From contig CAVSAC010000014.1 of assembly GCA_963725865.1 (NCBI GenBank), forward strand, positions 1,504,001-1,568,000: a stretch of DNA of 64,000 nucleotides, in the 5' to 3' direction. The notes below the pieces were generated by a model. That model was given only the letters and a program-made list of their open reading frames with translations, did not search any database and was not told the DNA's origin. Positions within the stretch are counted from its first letter, which is position 1; each line of letters starts with the position of its first letter. This document shows positions 54,757 to 64,000 of the stretch, piece by piece. Both the position numbers and the translations under genes were made by a program. Origin of the DNA: Candidatus Eiseniibacteriota bacterium (GTDB lineage Bacteria > Eisenbacteria > RBG-16-71-46).

Positions 54757-55190
54757 CGGCGCGGCTCCTCGATCGTGATGTCGCGGCGCGCGGGCGCCGG
54801 GGCGGCCCGCAGCTCGATCTCGAGCAGGCCGTCGCGGTAGTAGGCCTGCACCTTCGCCGGGTCGGCGTCCCACGGCAGCTCGATGACGCGGCGGAACTCG
54901 CCGAAGAAGATCTCCGCGCGATGGTAGTGGGCACCCGCCGGCCGCTCGGGCGCGGGTCGCCGGCCGGTCACCTCGAGCGCGCGGCCGTGGAGCCTTACGC
55001 GCACGTTCTCGCGCGGCACGCCCGCCAGCTCGATCAGCACGCGCGCCGAGTTGCGCGAGACCACCAGGTCGGCGGCCGGCGACCACGAGGGCTCGGCGAA
55101 ATGGGAGGAGCGCCGGTACACCTGGCTGTGGAACAGTCGCTCGACCTCGCGCTGCAGGGATTCGATCGGATCGTCGGGATCGCGGGACAT
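54753..55190 (-). CDS. Hsp20/alpha-crystallin small heat-shock protein
   Basis: WSPAAD..ELAGV...GEFRRVIELP...A.YRDGLLEI. Confidence 0.9.
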
Positions 55191-55222
55191 GGCAGGCTCC
55201 GGGGAGGCGAAAGGACGACCAG

Positions 55223-55251
55223 AGCCTAGGAGCCCGCTCGGAGCGGAGCAA
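55223..55251 (-). promoter_or_regulatory. sigma70-type promoter for hsp20-lon
   Basis: TTGCTC-17 nt-TAGGCT on the minus strand. Confidence 0.45.
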
Positions 55252-55322
55252 GTGCGCGCCGCGGGCGTGCGGCGCTGCGGTCCGCGCCGCAGCCGCGCCG
55301 GGCGCGCGCGCGCGCGCGGGCT

Positions 55323-55496
55323 TCAGTAGGCCTGGGTCCAGTCGTGGACGGTGTGCACCACCGTCAGGCTCGCGCGCCGGCAGGTCTCGAGGAACGCCCC
55401 CGAGTTCGGCCACGCGTGCCGGCCGCACGCGCACTGCAGCCGCCCGTCGGGCAGCTCGTTCACCGGGCACTGCTTGTCCTTGCAGAACGGGCACAT
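55323..55496 (-). CDS. 57-aa Cys-rich, putative zinc-ribbon protein (absent from the ORF track)
   Basis: MCPFCKDKQCPVNELPDGRLQCACGRHAWPNSGAFLETCRRASLTVVHTVHDWTQAY*; AGGAG RBS; G/C at every sense-codon third position. Confidence 0.75.
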   Translation of the reverse strand: MCPFCKDKQCPVNELPDGRLQCACGRHAWPNSGAFLETCRRASLTVVHTVHDWTQAY

Positions 55497-55535
55497 GGTC
55501 GATCGGCTCCTGACTCTGGGATCGTGGAGGCCGGG

Positions 55536-55564
55536 ACCATAGCGGGCGCGGCCGGCACGGGCAA
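55536..55564 (-). promoter_or_regulatory. sigma70-type promoter for the 57-aa protein
   Basis: TTGCCC-17 nt-TATGGT on the minus strand. Confidence 0.5.
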
Positions 55565-55571
55565 CCGGGCG

Positions 55572-56900
55572 TCAGCCGAGCACGCCCGCCGCGGTCGCCA
55601 CCTCGGACGGGACCGCGTTCGCCCGCGCGATCCGCGCGAACAGCTCGGCGCTGCGGGTGCGCGTGCGGGTGCGCGCGGGGTCCTGGAAGTCGACGCGATA
55701 GAGCCCGAAGCGAGCGTGGTAGCCGTCGGCCCACTCGAAGTTGTCGAGCAGCGACCAGTGCAGGTAGCCGAGCACGGTCGCGCCGCGCCCGATCGCGCGG
55801 CCCATCGCGAGCACGTGCTCGACGAGCGCGCGCGGACGGAACGCGTCGGTGGCGTCGGCGAAGCCGTTCTCGGTCACCAGCACCGGCGCGCCGGCGGTGC
55901 CGAACGCGCGCACGATCGCGTCCTCGAAGCCAAGCGGGTGGATCTCCCACCCGAGGTCGTTGTGCGGCGCGCCCGGGCGCAGCACGTGCGGGTCGGGCGC
56001 GAACATACGCACCAGCCAGCGCGTGTAGTAGTTCAGGCCGATCCAGTCGAGGCTCCGCTCCAGCTCGGGCACCGTGCGCCGCACGCCGCGCGCGCCCGGG
56101 ATGTCCAGCCGCAGCTCGCCCGTGGCGCCGGCCCGCAACACCGCCTCGTTGAACACCGCGTCCTCGAGGCGCGCGCGCAGCACGTCGAGCGGGAACCAGG
56201 CGCGTGCGGGCTCGAGCGTGACCAGGTGCTTGGCGAAGCCCACCCGCGCCGCGTGCCCGTCGCCGTCGGCGTCGACCTGGTCCTCGGCGTGCAGCAGGTG
56301 GTAGGCACGGCCGTGCGCCTCGAGCAGGTGGGCCATCACCGCGAGCGCGGCGCTCTCGTCGCGCTCGCCGGGCGGCCACACGCCCTCGGAGTAAGCGCGG
56401 AACGCGTACACCTCGGGTTCGTTGATGGTGCACCACCAGTCCACCAGGTCGCCGAACTCGCGCGCGCACAGGCGCACGAATTCGAGGAAGCGGTCGATGG
56501 TGGCGCGGCGCTCCCAGCCGCCGCGGTCGGCGATCCAGAGCGGGAGCGTGAAGTGCCAGAGCGTCACGCACGGCTCGATGCGGCGCGCGCGCAGCGCCTT
56601 CAGCACCTCGCGGTAGTGTGCGACCGCCGCGGTGTCGACGTGGCCGCGCTCGGGCTCGATGCGGCTCCACTCCAGCGACAGGCGGTGCATGGTGTGGCCG
56701 TCCGCGGCGGCGAGATCGAAGTCGTGCGCGAAGAGCTCGTAGTGTCGGCACGCGTCGCCGCTCACGTCACCGCCACGGATCTTGCCGGGCAGCTGCTCGA
56801 ACCGCCACCAGTCGTTCGCGCGGTTGCCGCCCTCGACCTGGTGCGCGGCGGTCGCCGCTCCCCAGCGGAAGCCGGCGGGGAACTGGACGAGCGTGCTCAT
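55572..56900 (-). CDS. Glycoside hydrolase family 1
   Basis: FRWGAATAAHQVEG, TINEP, VTENG, WSLLDNFEW. Confidence 0.93.
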   Translation of the reverse strand: MSTLVQFPAGFRWGAATAAHQVEGGNRANDWWRFEQLPGKIRGGDVSGDACRHYELFAHDFDLAAADGHTMHRLSLEWSRIEPERGHVDTAAVAHYREVLKALRARRIEPCVTLWHFTLPLWIADRGGWERRATIDRFLEFVRLCAREFGDLVDWWCTINEPEVYAFRAYSEGVWPPGERDESAALAVMAHLLEAHGRAYHLLHAEDQVDADGDGHAARVGFAKHLVTLEPARAWFPLDVLRARLEDAVFNEAVLRAGATGELRLDIPGARGVRRTVPELERSLDWIGLNYYTRWLVRMFAPDPHVLRPGAPHNDLGWEIHPLGFEDAIVRAFGTAGAPVLVTENGFADATDAFRPRALVEHVLAMGRAIGRGATVLGYLHWSLLDNFEWADGYHARFGLYRVDFQDPARTRTRTRSAELFARIARANAVPSEVATAAGVLG

Positions 56901-58501
56901 GGTCGGGACCCCCGCGGATCGGACGGGTGCGCCGGCGGCGCGGTGGGCGCGGCCGCCGCGGAGGCCGGCGCCACGGCCGCCGCCGGCTCTGCGCTCAGTT
57001 GATAGACGGTCTCCTCGGCGAGCCGGCAGCGGCGCGTGGCGCGCGGCGGCGGGCCGTCGCGCGAGAGCAGCGCGACCGCCTCTTCGGTGGCGAACACCGG
57101 GCGCCCTGCACCCAGCAGGCGCGCGGTCTCGGCGCGGTAGGGGGCGAGCGAATCCGCGGTGGTCTCGGGCGGCAGCCCCATCACGACCACGTTCGCGAAG
57201 AACGGCAGCGCGATCCGCCCCTCGCCCAGCGTCGAGGCCGGGCCCACCACCAGCACGCCGCGCCCGGGCTTCAGCCACCGTTCGGCGACGCGCAGGTCAT
57301 CGCGGTAGCCCGCGGTGCGCGGATCCATCATGGGCAGGACGCGGTGGGTGAGGTTCACACCGGTCATCAACGCCAGAGTGAGCACCGTGAGCGCCACCGC
57401 GGCGCGCGCCGGGAGCGCCGCCGGGCGCGCCACGTACGCGGCCAGCAGCATCCAGCCGAGCGCCGAGGCGAGCACCCAGTGATCGATGTCGGCGGGCGAG
57501 AACCAGAGGATGAACGCGGCCATCAGCAGCGCGGCGAGTCCCAGCGCCAGCGTGAGGAGATCGCGCGCCCGCAGCGCGCGCGCCACGCCGCGCGCGGCGC
57601 CGGCGGCGAGCAGCGCGCAGCCGGCGAGCGCCGCAGCCATCGCCGCGACCGCCAGCCACTCGAGCGGGGCGCCGGGGGACTCGCGCAGGCGCGAGAGCGG
57701 CGTGAGCGTCACCAGGCTGCCGGCGGCCCCGCGCACGAACAGGTGCATCGAGGTGGTGACCGGCTCCTGCGCCAGCATCGCGCGATCGCGCACGTGGAGG
57801 ATCCAGTCGAACAGCGCGGTCGGGGTGCGGGCGCCCACCGCCGCCACGCCCACCGCGACGTAGGCGGCCGCGACCGGGAGCGCCCACGCGAGCGCGAACG
57901 CGAGCTGATCGCGCGCCGGGAGCCGCGGGCGCGCGAGCATCAGCGCGAGGCTCACGCCGACGGCCGCGAGCACCACGAGCTGGTGAACGAGCACCGCGGC
58001 CGCCATCGCCACCCCGGCGCCGACCCACGCCGCCGTGCCGCGCGCGCGCGTCACGCCCACCAGGCCGATCAGCAGCAGGAGCAGGGCCGGCATCATCGCC
58101 TCGACCTCGCTCGAGAACAGCCACACCGAGTTCAGCAGCCCGAGCCCGCAGGCGGCGAGCACGGCGCGCGCCCGCGATCCGGTGGCGGCCGCCACCAGCC
58201 AGCCGGCCAGCACCACGCTCGCGGCGCCGGTGACCGCGCTCAGCACCACCAGCGGCGCGAACGGATCGCGCACGCCGAGCCCGCGCGCGAGCGGCTCCAG
58301 CGGCAGCGCGGCGGACAGATAGAGGAGGTGATGCGGGTGGAAGAGGTGCGTCGAGAGGCAGGTCTCGGCGAGCAGCGGATGGCGGACCAGCCGTGCGGTG
58401 TAGGCGATCGCGTCCCACCCGTGCACGCGGCTCGCGGTGGCGAGGTCGAGCGCCAGGTAGCCTGCGCCGATGGCCGTCAGCGTGCGCGCCGGGAGGCTCA
58501 T
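56897..58501 (-). CDS. Polytopic membrane protein, possibly a GT-C-type glycosyltransferase
   Basis: N-terminal loop WDAIAY...HPHHLLY, W.FSSEVE, about 11 TM segments; coupled to GH1. Confidence 0.6.
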   Translation of the reverse strand: MSLPARTLTAIGAGYLALDLATASRVHGWDAIAYTARLVRHPLLAETCLSTHLFHPHHLLYLSAALPLEPLARGLGVRDPFAPLVVLSAVTGAASVVLAGWLVAAATGSRARAVLAACGLGLLNSVWLFSSEVEAMMPALLLLLIGLVGVTRARGTAAWVGAGVAMAAAVLVHQLVVLAAVGVSLALMLARPRLPARDQLAFALAWALPVAAAYVAVGVAAVGARTPTALFDWILHVRDRAMLAQEPVTTSMHLFVRGAAGSLVTLTPLSRLRESPGAPLEWLAVAAMAAALAGCALLAAGAARGVARALRARDLLTLALGLAALLMAAFILWFSPADIDHWVLASALGWMLLAAYVARPAALPARAAVALTVLTLALMTGVNLTHRVLPMMDPRTAGYRDDLRVAERWLKPGRGVLVVGPASTLGEGRIALPFFANVVVMGLPPETTADSLAPYRAETARLLGAGRPVFATEEAVALLSRDGPPPRATRRCRLAEETVYQLSAEPAAAVAPASAAAAPTAPPAHPSDPRGSRP

Positions 58502-58505
58502 GGCC

Positions 58506-58832
58506 TCAGGTCCTGCGATCCGCCTTCGCCAGCTCGTCGTCGATCATCGCGCGCACCGCCATCGCGGTCGGGAAGCCCAGCGTGGTGACGGCGAGCAGCG
58601 CGACGTGACGCAGCTCGTCGTCCGTCACGCCGGACGCGAGCGCACGGCGCACGTGCGAGTGCACGCCGCCCTCCATGCGCGCGCCGGCCGCGAGCGCGAG
58701 CTTGACCAGCGCGGCCTGCTTCTCGTCCAGCGGGCCGGCCGCGCGTGCCGCGTCGCCGAGCGCCTCGTAGGCCCGGGCGACCGCAGGATAGCGCGTGCGG
58801 AACGCGTCGTAGAACGAAGGGACCTTCGACAT
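58506..58832 (-). CDS. Carboxymuconolactone decarboxylase (CMD/AhpD-like) family protein
   Basis: GPLDEK..ALVKLALA...HSHVRRAL..G...EL.H.....TTLGFP. Confidence 0.88.
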   Translation of the reverse strand: MSKVPSFYDAFRTRYPAVARAYEALGDAARAAGPLDEKQAALVKLALAAGARMEGGVHSHVRRALASGVTDDELRHVALLAVTTLGFPTAMAVRAMIDDELAKADRRT

Positions 58833-58917
58833 GCCTCAGCCTCCTCGATTCGGACGACTCCGCGGTCCCCCCGCGGGTCGGCTGCGCCGATTCCGCGCGG
58901 GAAGGTACCATGCCCTC

Positions 58918-59826
58918 ATGCGGCGGGTGTCGGTGCACCTCGACGGGGAGTGGCGGGCGGTGGCGGATCCCGCGTGGCTCGTGGGCTGGGATCCACAACC
59001 GTTCGAGCTCGCGGGCGGCACCACCGAGGTCGTGGTGATGGGCGCTGGGCCGCCGCTGCTGCTGCTGCCGCCGCTGCCGGGGTGGAAGGAGGCGTGGGCC
59101 GCGTGCGCGGTCCTGCTCGCGCGCCGATTCCGGGTGGTGACGTTCGACCTGCGCGCGCGCTACGCCCCGGAGGATCGCTGGGCGCAGTGCATCGACGACA
59201 CCCTGCACGTCGCGGACGCGCTCGCGCCGGGGCGCTTCGTGCTCGTCGGCCACTCGCTCGGCGGCGCGCTGGCGCAGCGCGTCGCGCTCGCGCATCCGCA
59301 GCGCGTGGCGGCCGTGGTGCTCTCGAGCACGTTCGCGCGCATCGCCTCGCCGCCCGGCACGTCGACGAAGCGCCTGGTCGAGCAGCCGTTCGTGCTGGCG
59401 ACCCAGCGCCTGCTGCCCGATCCGCTCGCGGCGCCGCTGGCGCGGCACCTGGCGGAGAGCGGCGCGTGGGTGTACGACCCGGCCTGCGGCGAGCGCGTGC
59501 TGGCGTTCGTGCGCTACGCGATCCGCCGCGCCCCGACCCGCGACGTGGCGGTCATGGTGCGGCTGGCACTCGGCCACGACACCCGCACGCTGCTGCCGTC
59601 GCTGGCCGCGCCGACCCTGGTGCTGCACGGCGGGCGCGAGAGCGGCTTCGTGCGCGAGGCCGCGGCCGAGATGGTGCGCCTGCTGCCGCACGCGGAGTGC
59701 GCGGTGCTGCCCGGTGTGGGCCACCTGCACCTGCTCTCGGCGCCCGACGTGCTGGCGGGGACCATCGAGCGCTGGCTGGATCGCGCCGCGCCCGACGGCC
59801 GTCTTCCGGCGCGCGGAGGCGCGTGA
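58918..59826 (+). CDS. Alpha/beta fold hydrolase
   Basis: GHSLGG nucleophile elbow, PTLVLHG, GVGH. Confidence 0.85.
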   Translation: MRRVSVHLDGEWRAVADPAWLVGWDPQPFELAGGTTEVVVMGAGPPLLLLPPLPGWKEAWAACAVLLARRFRVVTFDLRARYAPEDRWAQCIDDTLHVADALAPGRFVLVGHSLGGALAQRVALAHPQRVAAVVLSSTFARIASPPGTSTKRLVEQPFVLATQRLLPDPLAAPLARHLAESGAWVYDPACGERVLAFVRYAIRRAPTRDVAVMVRLALGHDTRTLLPSLAAPTLVLHGGRESGFVREAAAEMVRLLPHAECAVLPGVGHLHLLSAPDVLAGTIERWLDRAAPDGRLPARGGA

Positions 59827-59838
59827 TAGCGTGCGGGC

Positions 59839-61113
59839 GTGACGGGTACCTCCTCTGGCGGTCTCTCCGACCGCTTCCGCGCCCTGCGCCATCCCAACTT
59901 CCGCCTCTACTGGAGCGGCCAGCTCGTCTCGCTCGTCGGCACCTGGATGCAGAGCGTGGCGCAGGGCTGGCTGATGCACCGGCTCACCTCCTCGCCCTTC
60001 ATGCTCGGACTGCTGGCGTTCATGCAGTTCTTCCCGGTGATGCTGCTGTCGCTGTGGGCGGGCGTGTTGCTGGACCGCGTCGACAAGCGGCGCGTGATCA
60101 TGGTGACCCAGTTCGGCTTCCTCGTGCAGGCCACCGCGCTCGCCGCGCTCACCTCGAGCGGCAACGTGCGCCCGTGGATGCTGCTGGCGCTGGCGTTCCT
60201 GTTCGGCGTGTTCAACGCGTTCGACCTGCCGAGTCGCCAGTCGTTCGTGGTCGACCTGGTGGGCAAGGACGACCTCTCGAACGGCATCGCGCTCAACTCG
60301 GCGGCGTTCAACTCCGCGCGCATCGTGGGGCCCGCGGTCGCGGGGGTGCTGGTCGCCACCATCGGAGAGCAGGGCTGCTTCTGGCTCAACGCGGTCTCGT
60401 ACCTGGCCGTGCTGGCGAGCCTGTTCGCCCTGCGCCTGCCGCCGCACGCGCCGTCGGCGGGCTCCGACGACGCGGTGGCGTTCCTGCGCGAGGGCGTGCG
60501 GTACACGTGGCGGACGTCCGCGCTGCGGAACCTGCTCCTGCTGCTCGGCGTGTGCGCGGGGATCGGGTTCCAGTACATGGTGCTGTTGCCGGTGTACGCG
60601 CGCGACATCCTGCACGCTGGAGCGGGGGCGTACGGCCTGCTGGTGTCGGCGTTCGGAGTCGGCTCGCTCGCCTCGGCGGTGTTGATGACGCGCCGGCTCG
60701 ACCGCGGGGCGCTGCGGCGCCACCTGCTGATCGGGCTCGCCGCCGGCGGCCTGGGGATGACGGTGTTCGCGTGGTCGCGGCTGCTGTGGCTGACGATGGC
60801 GGGCGGGCTGCTCGCGGGCTTCGGCCTCATCCTCTACGTCGCGAGCACGAACGTGCTGCTCCAGATGACCACCGAGGACCGCTTCCGCGGACGGGTGATG
60901 AGCCTCTACACCCTGCTGTTCGTGGGCACCGCGCCGTTCGGAGCGCTGCTCACGGGCACGCTGGCGCAGCGCGTGAACGCGCCGATCGCGACGTCGTTCA
61001 GCGCGCTGGTGCTGCTGGGCGGGGCACTCTGGGTGTCGTATCGGCTGCGAATGCTCGCCGCGCGCGGGACCCCGGGCGGCACGCCGCCGCCGCTGGTGGA
61101 GAGCGTGCGCTGA
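59839..61113 (+). CDS. MFS transporter (MFS_3/DUF894-like)
   Basis: NFRLYWSGQLVSLVGTWMQ, DLPSRQSFV, ALNS..FNSARIVGP, RGRVMSLY. Confidence 0.92.
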   Translation: MTGTSSGGLSDRFRALRHPNFRLYWSGQLVSLVGTWMQSVAQGWLMHRLTSSPFMLGLLAFMQFFPVMLLSLWAGVLLDRVDKRRVIMVTQFGFLVQATALAALTSSGNVRPWMLLALAFLFGVFNAFDLPSRQSFVVDLVGKDDLSNGIALNSAAFNSARIVGPAVAGVLVATIGEQGCFWLNAVSYLAVLASLFALRLPPHAPSAGSDDAVAFLREGVRYTWRTSALRNLLLLLGVCAGIGFQYMVLLPVYARDILHAGAGAYGLLVSAFGVGSLASAVLMTRRLDRGALRRHLLIGLAAGGLGMTVFAWSRLLWLTMAGGLLAGFGLILYVASTNVLLQMTTEDRFRGRVMSLYTLLFVGTAPFGALLTGTLAQRVNAPIATSFSALVLLGGALWVSYRLRMLAARGTPGGTPPPLVESVR

Positions 61114-61251
61114 CCGCGCGAGGCGGCGTCGGCGCGCGTTACCGCGGTTCAGCGGGATCATCCGCACCCGGGCCGCGCCGCCGCACGAGGGCTCCGCTCG
61201 GGTAGACTGAAGTCCCCCCCGATCGGCTCCCGGCCTCAGAGGAACGCTCCC

Positions 61252-63747
61252 ATGCGACGAGTCGCCGCTCTGCTGCTCCCGATGTTGCTCGCGGCCGCGA
61301 GCGGCACCGCGTCCGCCGCGGCCGCCGCGCCGGCCGCGCTCGCTCCCACCCAGCGCGTCCGCGTGGCGCTCGATCCGCCGGCCCGGCTCGAGACGCTGCT
61401 CCGCGAGGGATTCGACGTGGTCGCGGTGCGGCCCGGGGCGTGGGCCGACGTGTTCGTGCGCGACACCGACGCGGCGCGGCTCGCGGCGCTCGGGATCGCG
61501 GCCGCGGTGCAGGACGACGCGGTCGAGGCGCACTACGCCGCTCGCGCCGCCGCCGAGCTCGCCGGCCGCCCGCGCCCCGCGGGCGCCCCGGTGTGGAGCG
61601 CGGCGCGCGCGGACGGCGCGTTCCGTGTCGAGGCGCTGCCGCCGTTCGGCTCCGGCAGCATGGGCGGGTTCTGGACGCTTGCCGAGGTGAAGATGAAGCT
61701 CGACTCGCTGGTCGCGAGCGACACCCGGGACCTGGTGGCGGATCGGGTCGACACCATCGGCACCACGGTCGAGGGGCGGCCGATCTGGGGGCTCGAGATC
61801 GGCAAGCGCGCGAGCGGTCCCGACCCGCGGCCGGTGGTGGCGCTCAACGCGCTCACCCACGCGCGCGAGCCCGAGGGCATGCAGGCGGTGTTCTACTTCA
61901 TCGACGACCTGCTCGCGCGCTACGGGACCGATCCGTTCGCGACCTACCTGCTCGAGCACCGGCGCATCCACATCGTGCCGGTGGTGAACCCCGACGGCTA
62001 CGCCTACAACCAGACGATCGCGCCCGGCGGCGGCGGCGCCTGGCGCAAGAACCGCGTGAACAACGGCTCCTCGTTCGGCGTCGACCTGAACCGGAACTTC
62101 TCGGTGCACTGGGGCTTCGACAACGTGGGCTCGAGCCCCACGCCGAGCAGCGATGCCTATCGCGGGCCCGCGGCCTTCTCGGAGCCGGAGTCGCGCGCCC
62201 AGCGCGACCTCCACGCGGCCCTGCGGCCGCGCACCGGGCTCTCGTTCCATACCTACAGCGACCTGTTCCTGCACGCGTGGAGCTACGCGCCGGTGGCGAC
62301 CGCCGATTCGGCCGCGTTCTACGAGTGGGACGACGAAGGGACGTTCGGCGTGTCGTACCTCGCCGGGCAGCCCGCGCGGGTGCTGTACACGGCGAACGGC
62401 GACTTCTGCGACTGGACCTACGGCGACACGCTGACCAAGCCGCGATCCTACGCGTGGTCGCCCGAGGTCGGCACCGACGACGACGGCTTCTGGCCGCCGC
62501 CCTCGCGCATCGTGCCGCTCGCGCGCGAGAACCTGCGCAAGTGCTACCTCGTGACTGCGATCGCAGGCCCGTGGGTGCGCGCCGAGGGCAGCGCGCTGCT
62601 CGAGGGCGAGTTGCCGGTGGGGGGCCTCGCGCATCTCGCGGTGCGCGCGCGCAACCTCGGGCTCGACGCCACCCCGCCCGGGCTGGTCGCCGCGCTGCAC
62701 CCGCTCGACGCCGGCGTCGAGGTGCTCGCGGGCGCCGGCCCGGTCACCTACCCGGTGCTCGCCCCGCGCACCAGCGCGGACGCCGAGGACGGGGCCACGT
62801 TCACCGTCGCGACCGTCACCGACCTGGCGCCCGGACGGCGCGTGCGCTTCGAAGTGGACTTCTCCGCCGACAGCGGCTTCTTCTCGCGCGACACCGTCGA
62901 CGTGATCGTCGGGCATCCGACCGTGCTGCTGGTCGATCCCTGCGAGGGACTCACCGCCTGGAACTCGAGCGGCGGCTGGGGCGTGGTGGCGACCGACGCG
63001 GCCCATCCGGACCGCTACCTCGCCGACAGCCCGACCGGGCGCTACCCCGCGAACGCCAACCTGCGGCTGACCGCGACGTCGCACTTCGACCTCACGGCCG
63101 GCACGCACGCGTGGCTGCTGTTCGACGCGCGCTGGCAGTTCGAGCAGACCTATGACGGCGCGACGGTCGAGGCGAGTCTCGACAGCGTGTCCTGGACGCC
63201 GCTGGCCGGGCGCTCGACGTCGACCGGGGTGTTCTCGCCGCAGCCGGTGGGCGGACCCGTGTACCAGGGCTCGCGCTATCGGTGGCGGCCCGAGTCGGTG
63301 GACCTCGCGTCGTTCACCGGAGCCCCGGCTGGCGCGGTGCGGCTGCGAATCCGCACCGTCTCGGACCCGGCCTCGCAGTTCGGCGGCTTCGATCTCGACT
63401 CCCTGCGCGTGCTGCTCTACGACCCCGCCGCGCAGCCGATGCCGGTCGCCGTGGACGCCGCCTCGCCGGCCCGGCTGGCGCTGGCCGCGCCGTATCCCGA
63501 TCCCGCGCGCACCGAGGCGCGGCTCGGCTTCGCGCTGCCGGCCGCGGGCGCGGTGCGGCTCGAGGTGCTCGACGTGACGGGGCGTCGAGTGCGCATGCTG
63601 GCGGACGGCCGCTACGCCGCCGGTCGCTACGCGCTGGCATGGGACCTGCGCGACGACACCGGGCGCGCGGTGTCGCCGGGGCTCTACCTGCTGCGCCTCG
63701 CCGGCGAGCCGGGCGCGCTCGCGCGGCGGCTGGTGGTGCTGCACTGA
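61252..63747 (+). CDS. Secreted M14 zinc carboxypeptidase (carboxypeptidase T-like) with FlgD-Ig/T9SS-type C-terminal domain
   Basis: HAREP, NPDGY, WRKNR, GVDLNRN, FSEPE, FHTYS; C-terminal DVTGRRVR...WD.RD..G..VSPGLY..RL. Confidence 0.9.
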   Translation: MRRVAALLLPMLLAAASGTASAAAAAPAALAPTQRVRVALDPPARLETLLREGFDVVAVRPGAWADVFVRDTDAARLAALGIAAAVQDDAVEAHYAARAAAELAGRPRPAGAPVWSAARADGAFRVEALPPFGSGSMGGFWTLAEVKMKLDSLVASDTRDLVADRVDTIGTTVEGRPIWGLEIGKRASGPDPRPVVALNALTHAREPEGMQAVFYFIDDLLARYGTDPFATYLLEHRRIHIVPVVNPDGYAYNQTIAPGGGGAWRKNRVNNGSSFGVDLNRNFSVHWGFDNVGSSPTPSSDAYRGPAAFSEPESRAQRDLHAALRPRTGLSFHTYSDLFLHAWSYAPVATADSAAFYEWDDEGTFGVSYLAGQPARVLYTANGDFCDWTYGDTLTKPRSYAWSPEVGTDDDGFWPPPSRIVPLARENLRKCYLVTAIAGPWVRAEGSALLEGELPVGGLAHLAVRARNLGLDATPPGLVAALHPLDAGVEVLAGAGPVTYPVLAPRTSADAEDGATFTVATVTDLAPGRRVRFEVDFSADSGFFSRDTVDVIVGHPTVLLVDPCEGLTAWNSSGGWGVVATDAAHPDRYLADSPTGRYPANANLRLTATSHFDLTAGTHAWLLFDARWQFEQTYDGATVEASLDSVSWTPLAGRSTSTGVFSPQPVGGPVYQGSRYRWRPESVDLASFTGAPAGAVRLRIRTVSDPASQFGGFDLDSLRVLLYDPAAQPMPVAVDAASPARLALAAPYPDPARTEARLGFALPAAGAVRLEVLDVTGRRVRMLADGRYAAGRYALAWDLRDDTGRAVSPGLYLLRLAGEPGALARRLVVLH

Positions 63748-63856
63748 CACGGTGCGGCCGCGGCCCGCGCCCGTAGCGGTGCCGCGACGAGCGCGAGCCC
63801 GGCCACGAGCCGAATCGCGCGCGGACGCATCCGCAACGGCAACCTCCCGCGGCCGC

Positions 63857-64000
63857 TCAGCCGCACGCGGCGTAGAGGCGGCGCAGCGACGCGCCGTCGT
63901 GCGCGGCCACCAGCGAGCGCAGGGCCGCGCCCCAGAGCTCCGACTTCGGCAGGCGCGGACGCCGTTCGCCCCACGGGAACTCGGGGTCGCGCCGCGCGTT
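63857..64000 (-). CDS. C-terminal end of a hypothetical protein truncated by the window edge
   Basis: Reads NARRDPEFPWGERRPRLPKSELWGAALRSLVAAHDGASLRRLYAACG* with GC-rich third positions. Confidence 0.55.
   Translation of the reverse strand, partial: NARRDPEFPWGERRPRLPKSELWGAALRSLVAAHDGASLRRLYAACG

Overview
Very GC-rich bacterial DNA, densely coding, with no rRNA, tRNA, CRISPR array, integrase or transposase that I can recognise. Several secreted proteins end in an FlgD-Ig/T9SS-type C-terminal domain, which suggests an FCB-related lineage such as Ca. Eisenbacteria (inference only). Left to right: the end of an Fe-S assembly cluster (Rieske ferredoxin, DUF59); four tandem paralogous secreted Ig-like/dockerin-like proteins all ending in GGLCP; an outer-membrane beta-barrel gene; a MoxR/DUF58/DUF4129/DUF4350/SpoIIM/RDD cluster; a GT2 + ArnT-like pair with a 105-bp duplication of the GT2 5' end; an 8-repeat secreted protein; a Nudix operon; a B12 radical-SAM operon; a six-gene HyfBCEFGI-type group-4 hydrogenase operon with Ehr-like layout but both Ni-ligating CxxC motifs; two tandem ~2,500-aa S8 proteases; an SDR; a GIDE-GIDE-LemA operon; a degenerate Gfo/Idh/MocA pair; nitronate monooxygenase; DinB; Lon; Hsp20; an unannotated 57-aa Zn-ribbon protein; GH1; CMD; an alpha/beta hydrolase; an MFS transporter; and an M14 carboxypeptidase. 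Five or six single-base insertions break genes and are probably long-read errors. All product calls come from reading motifs by eye; no database search was run.
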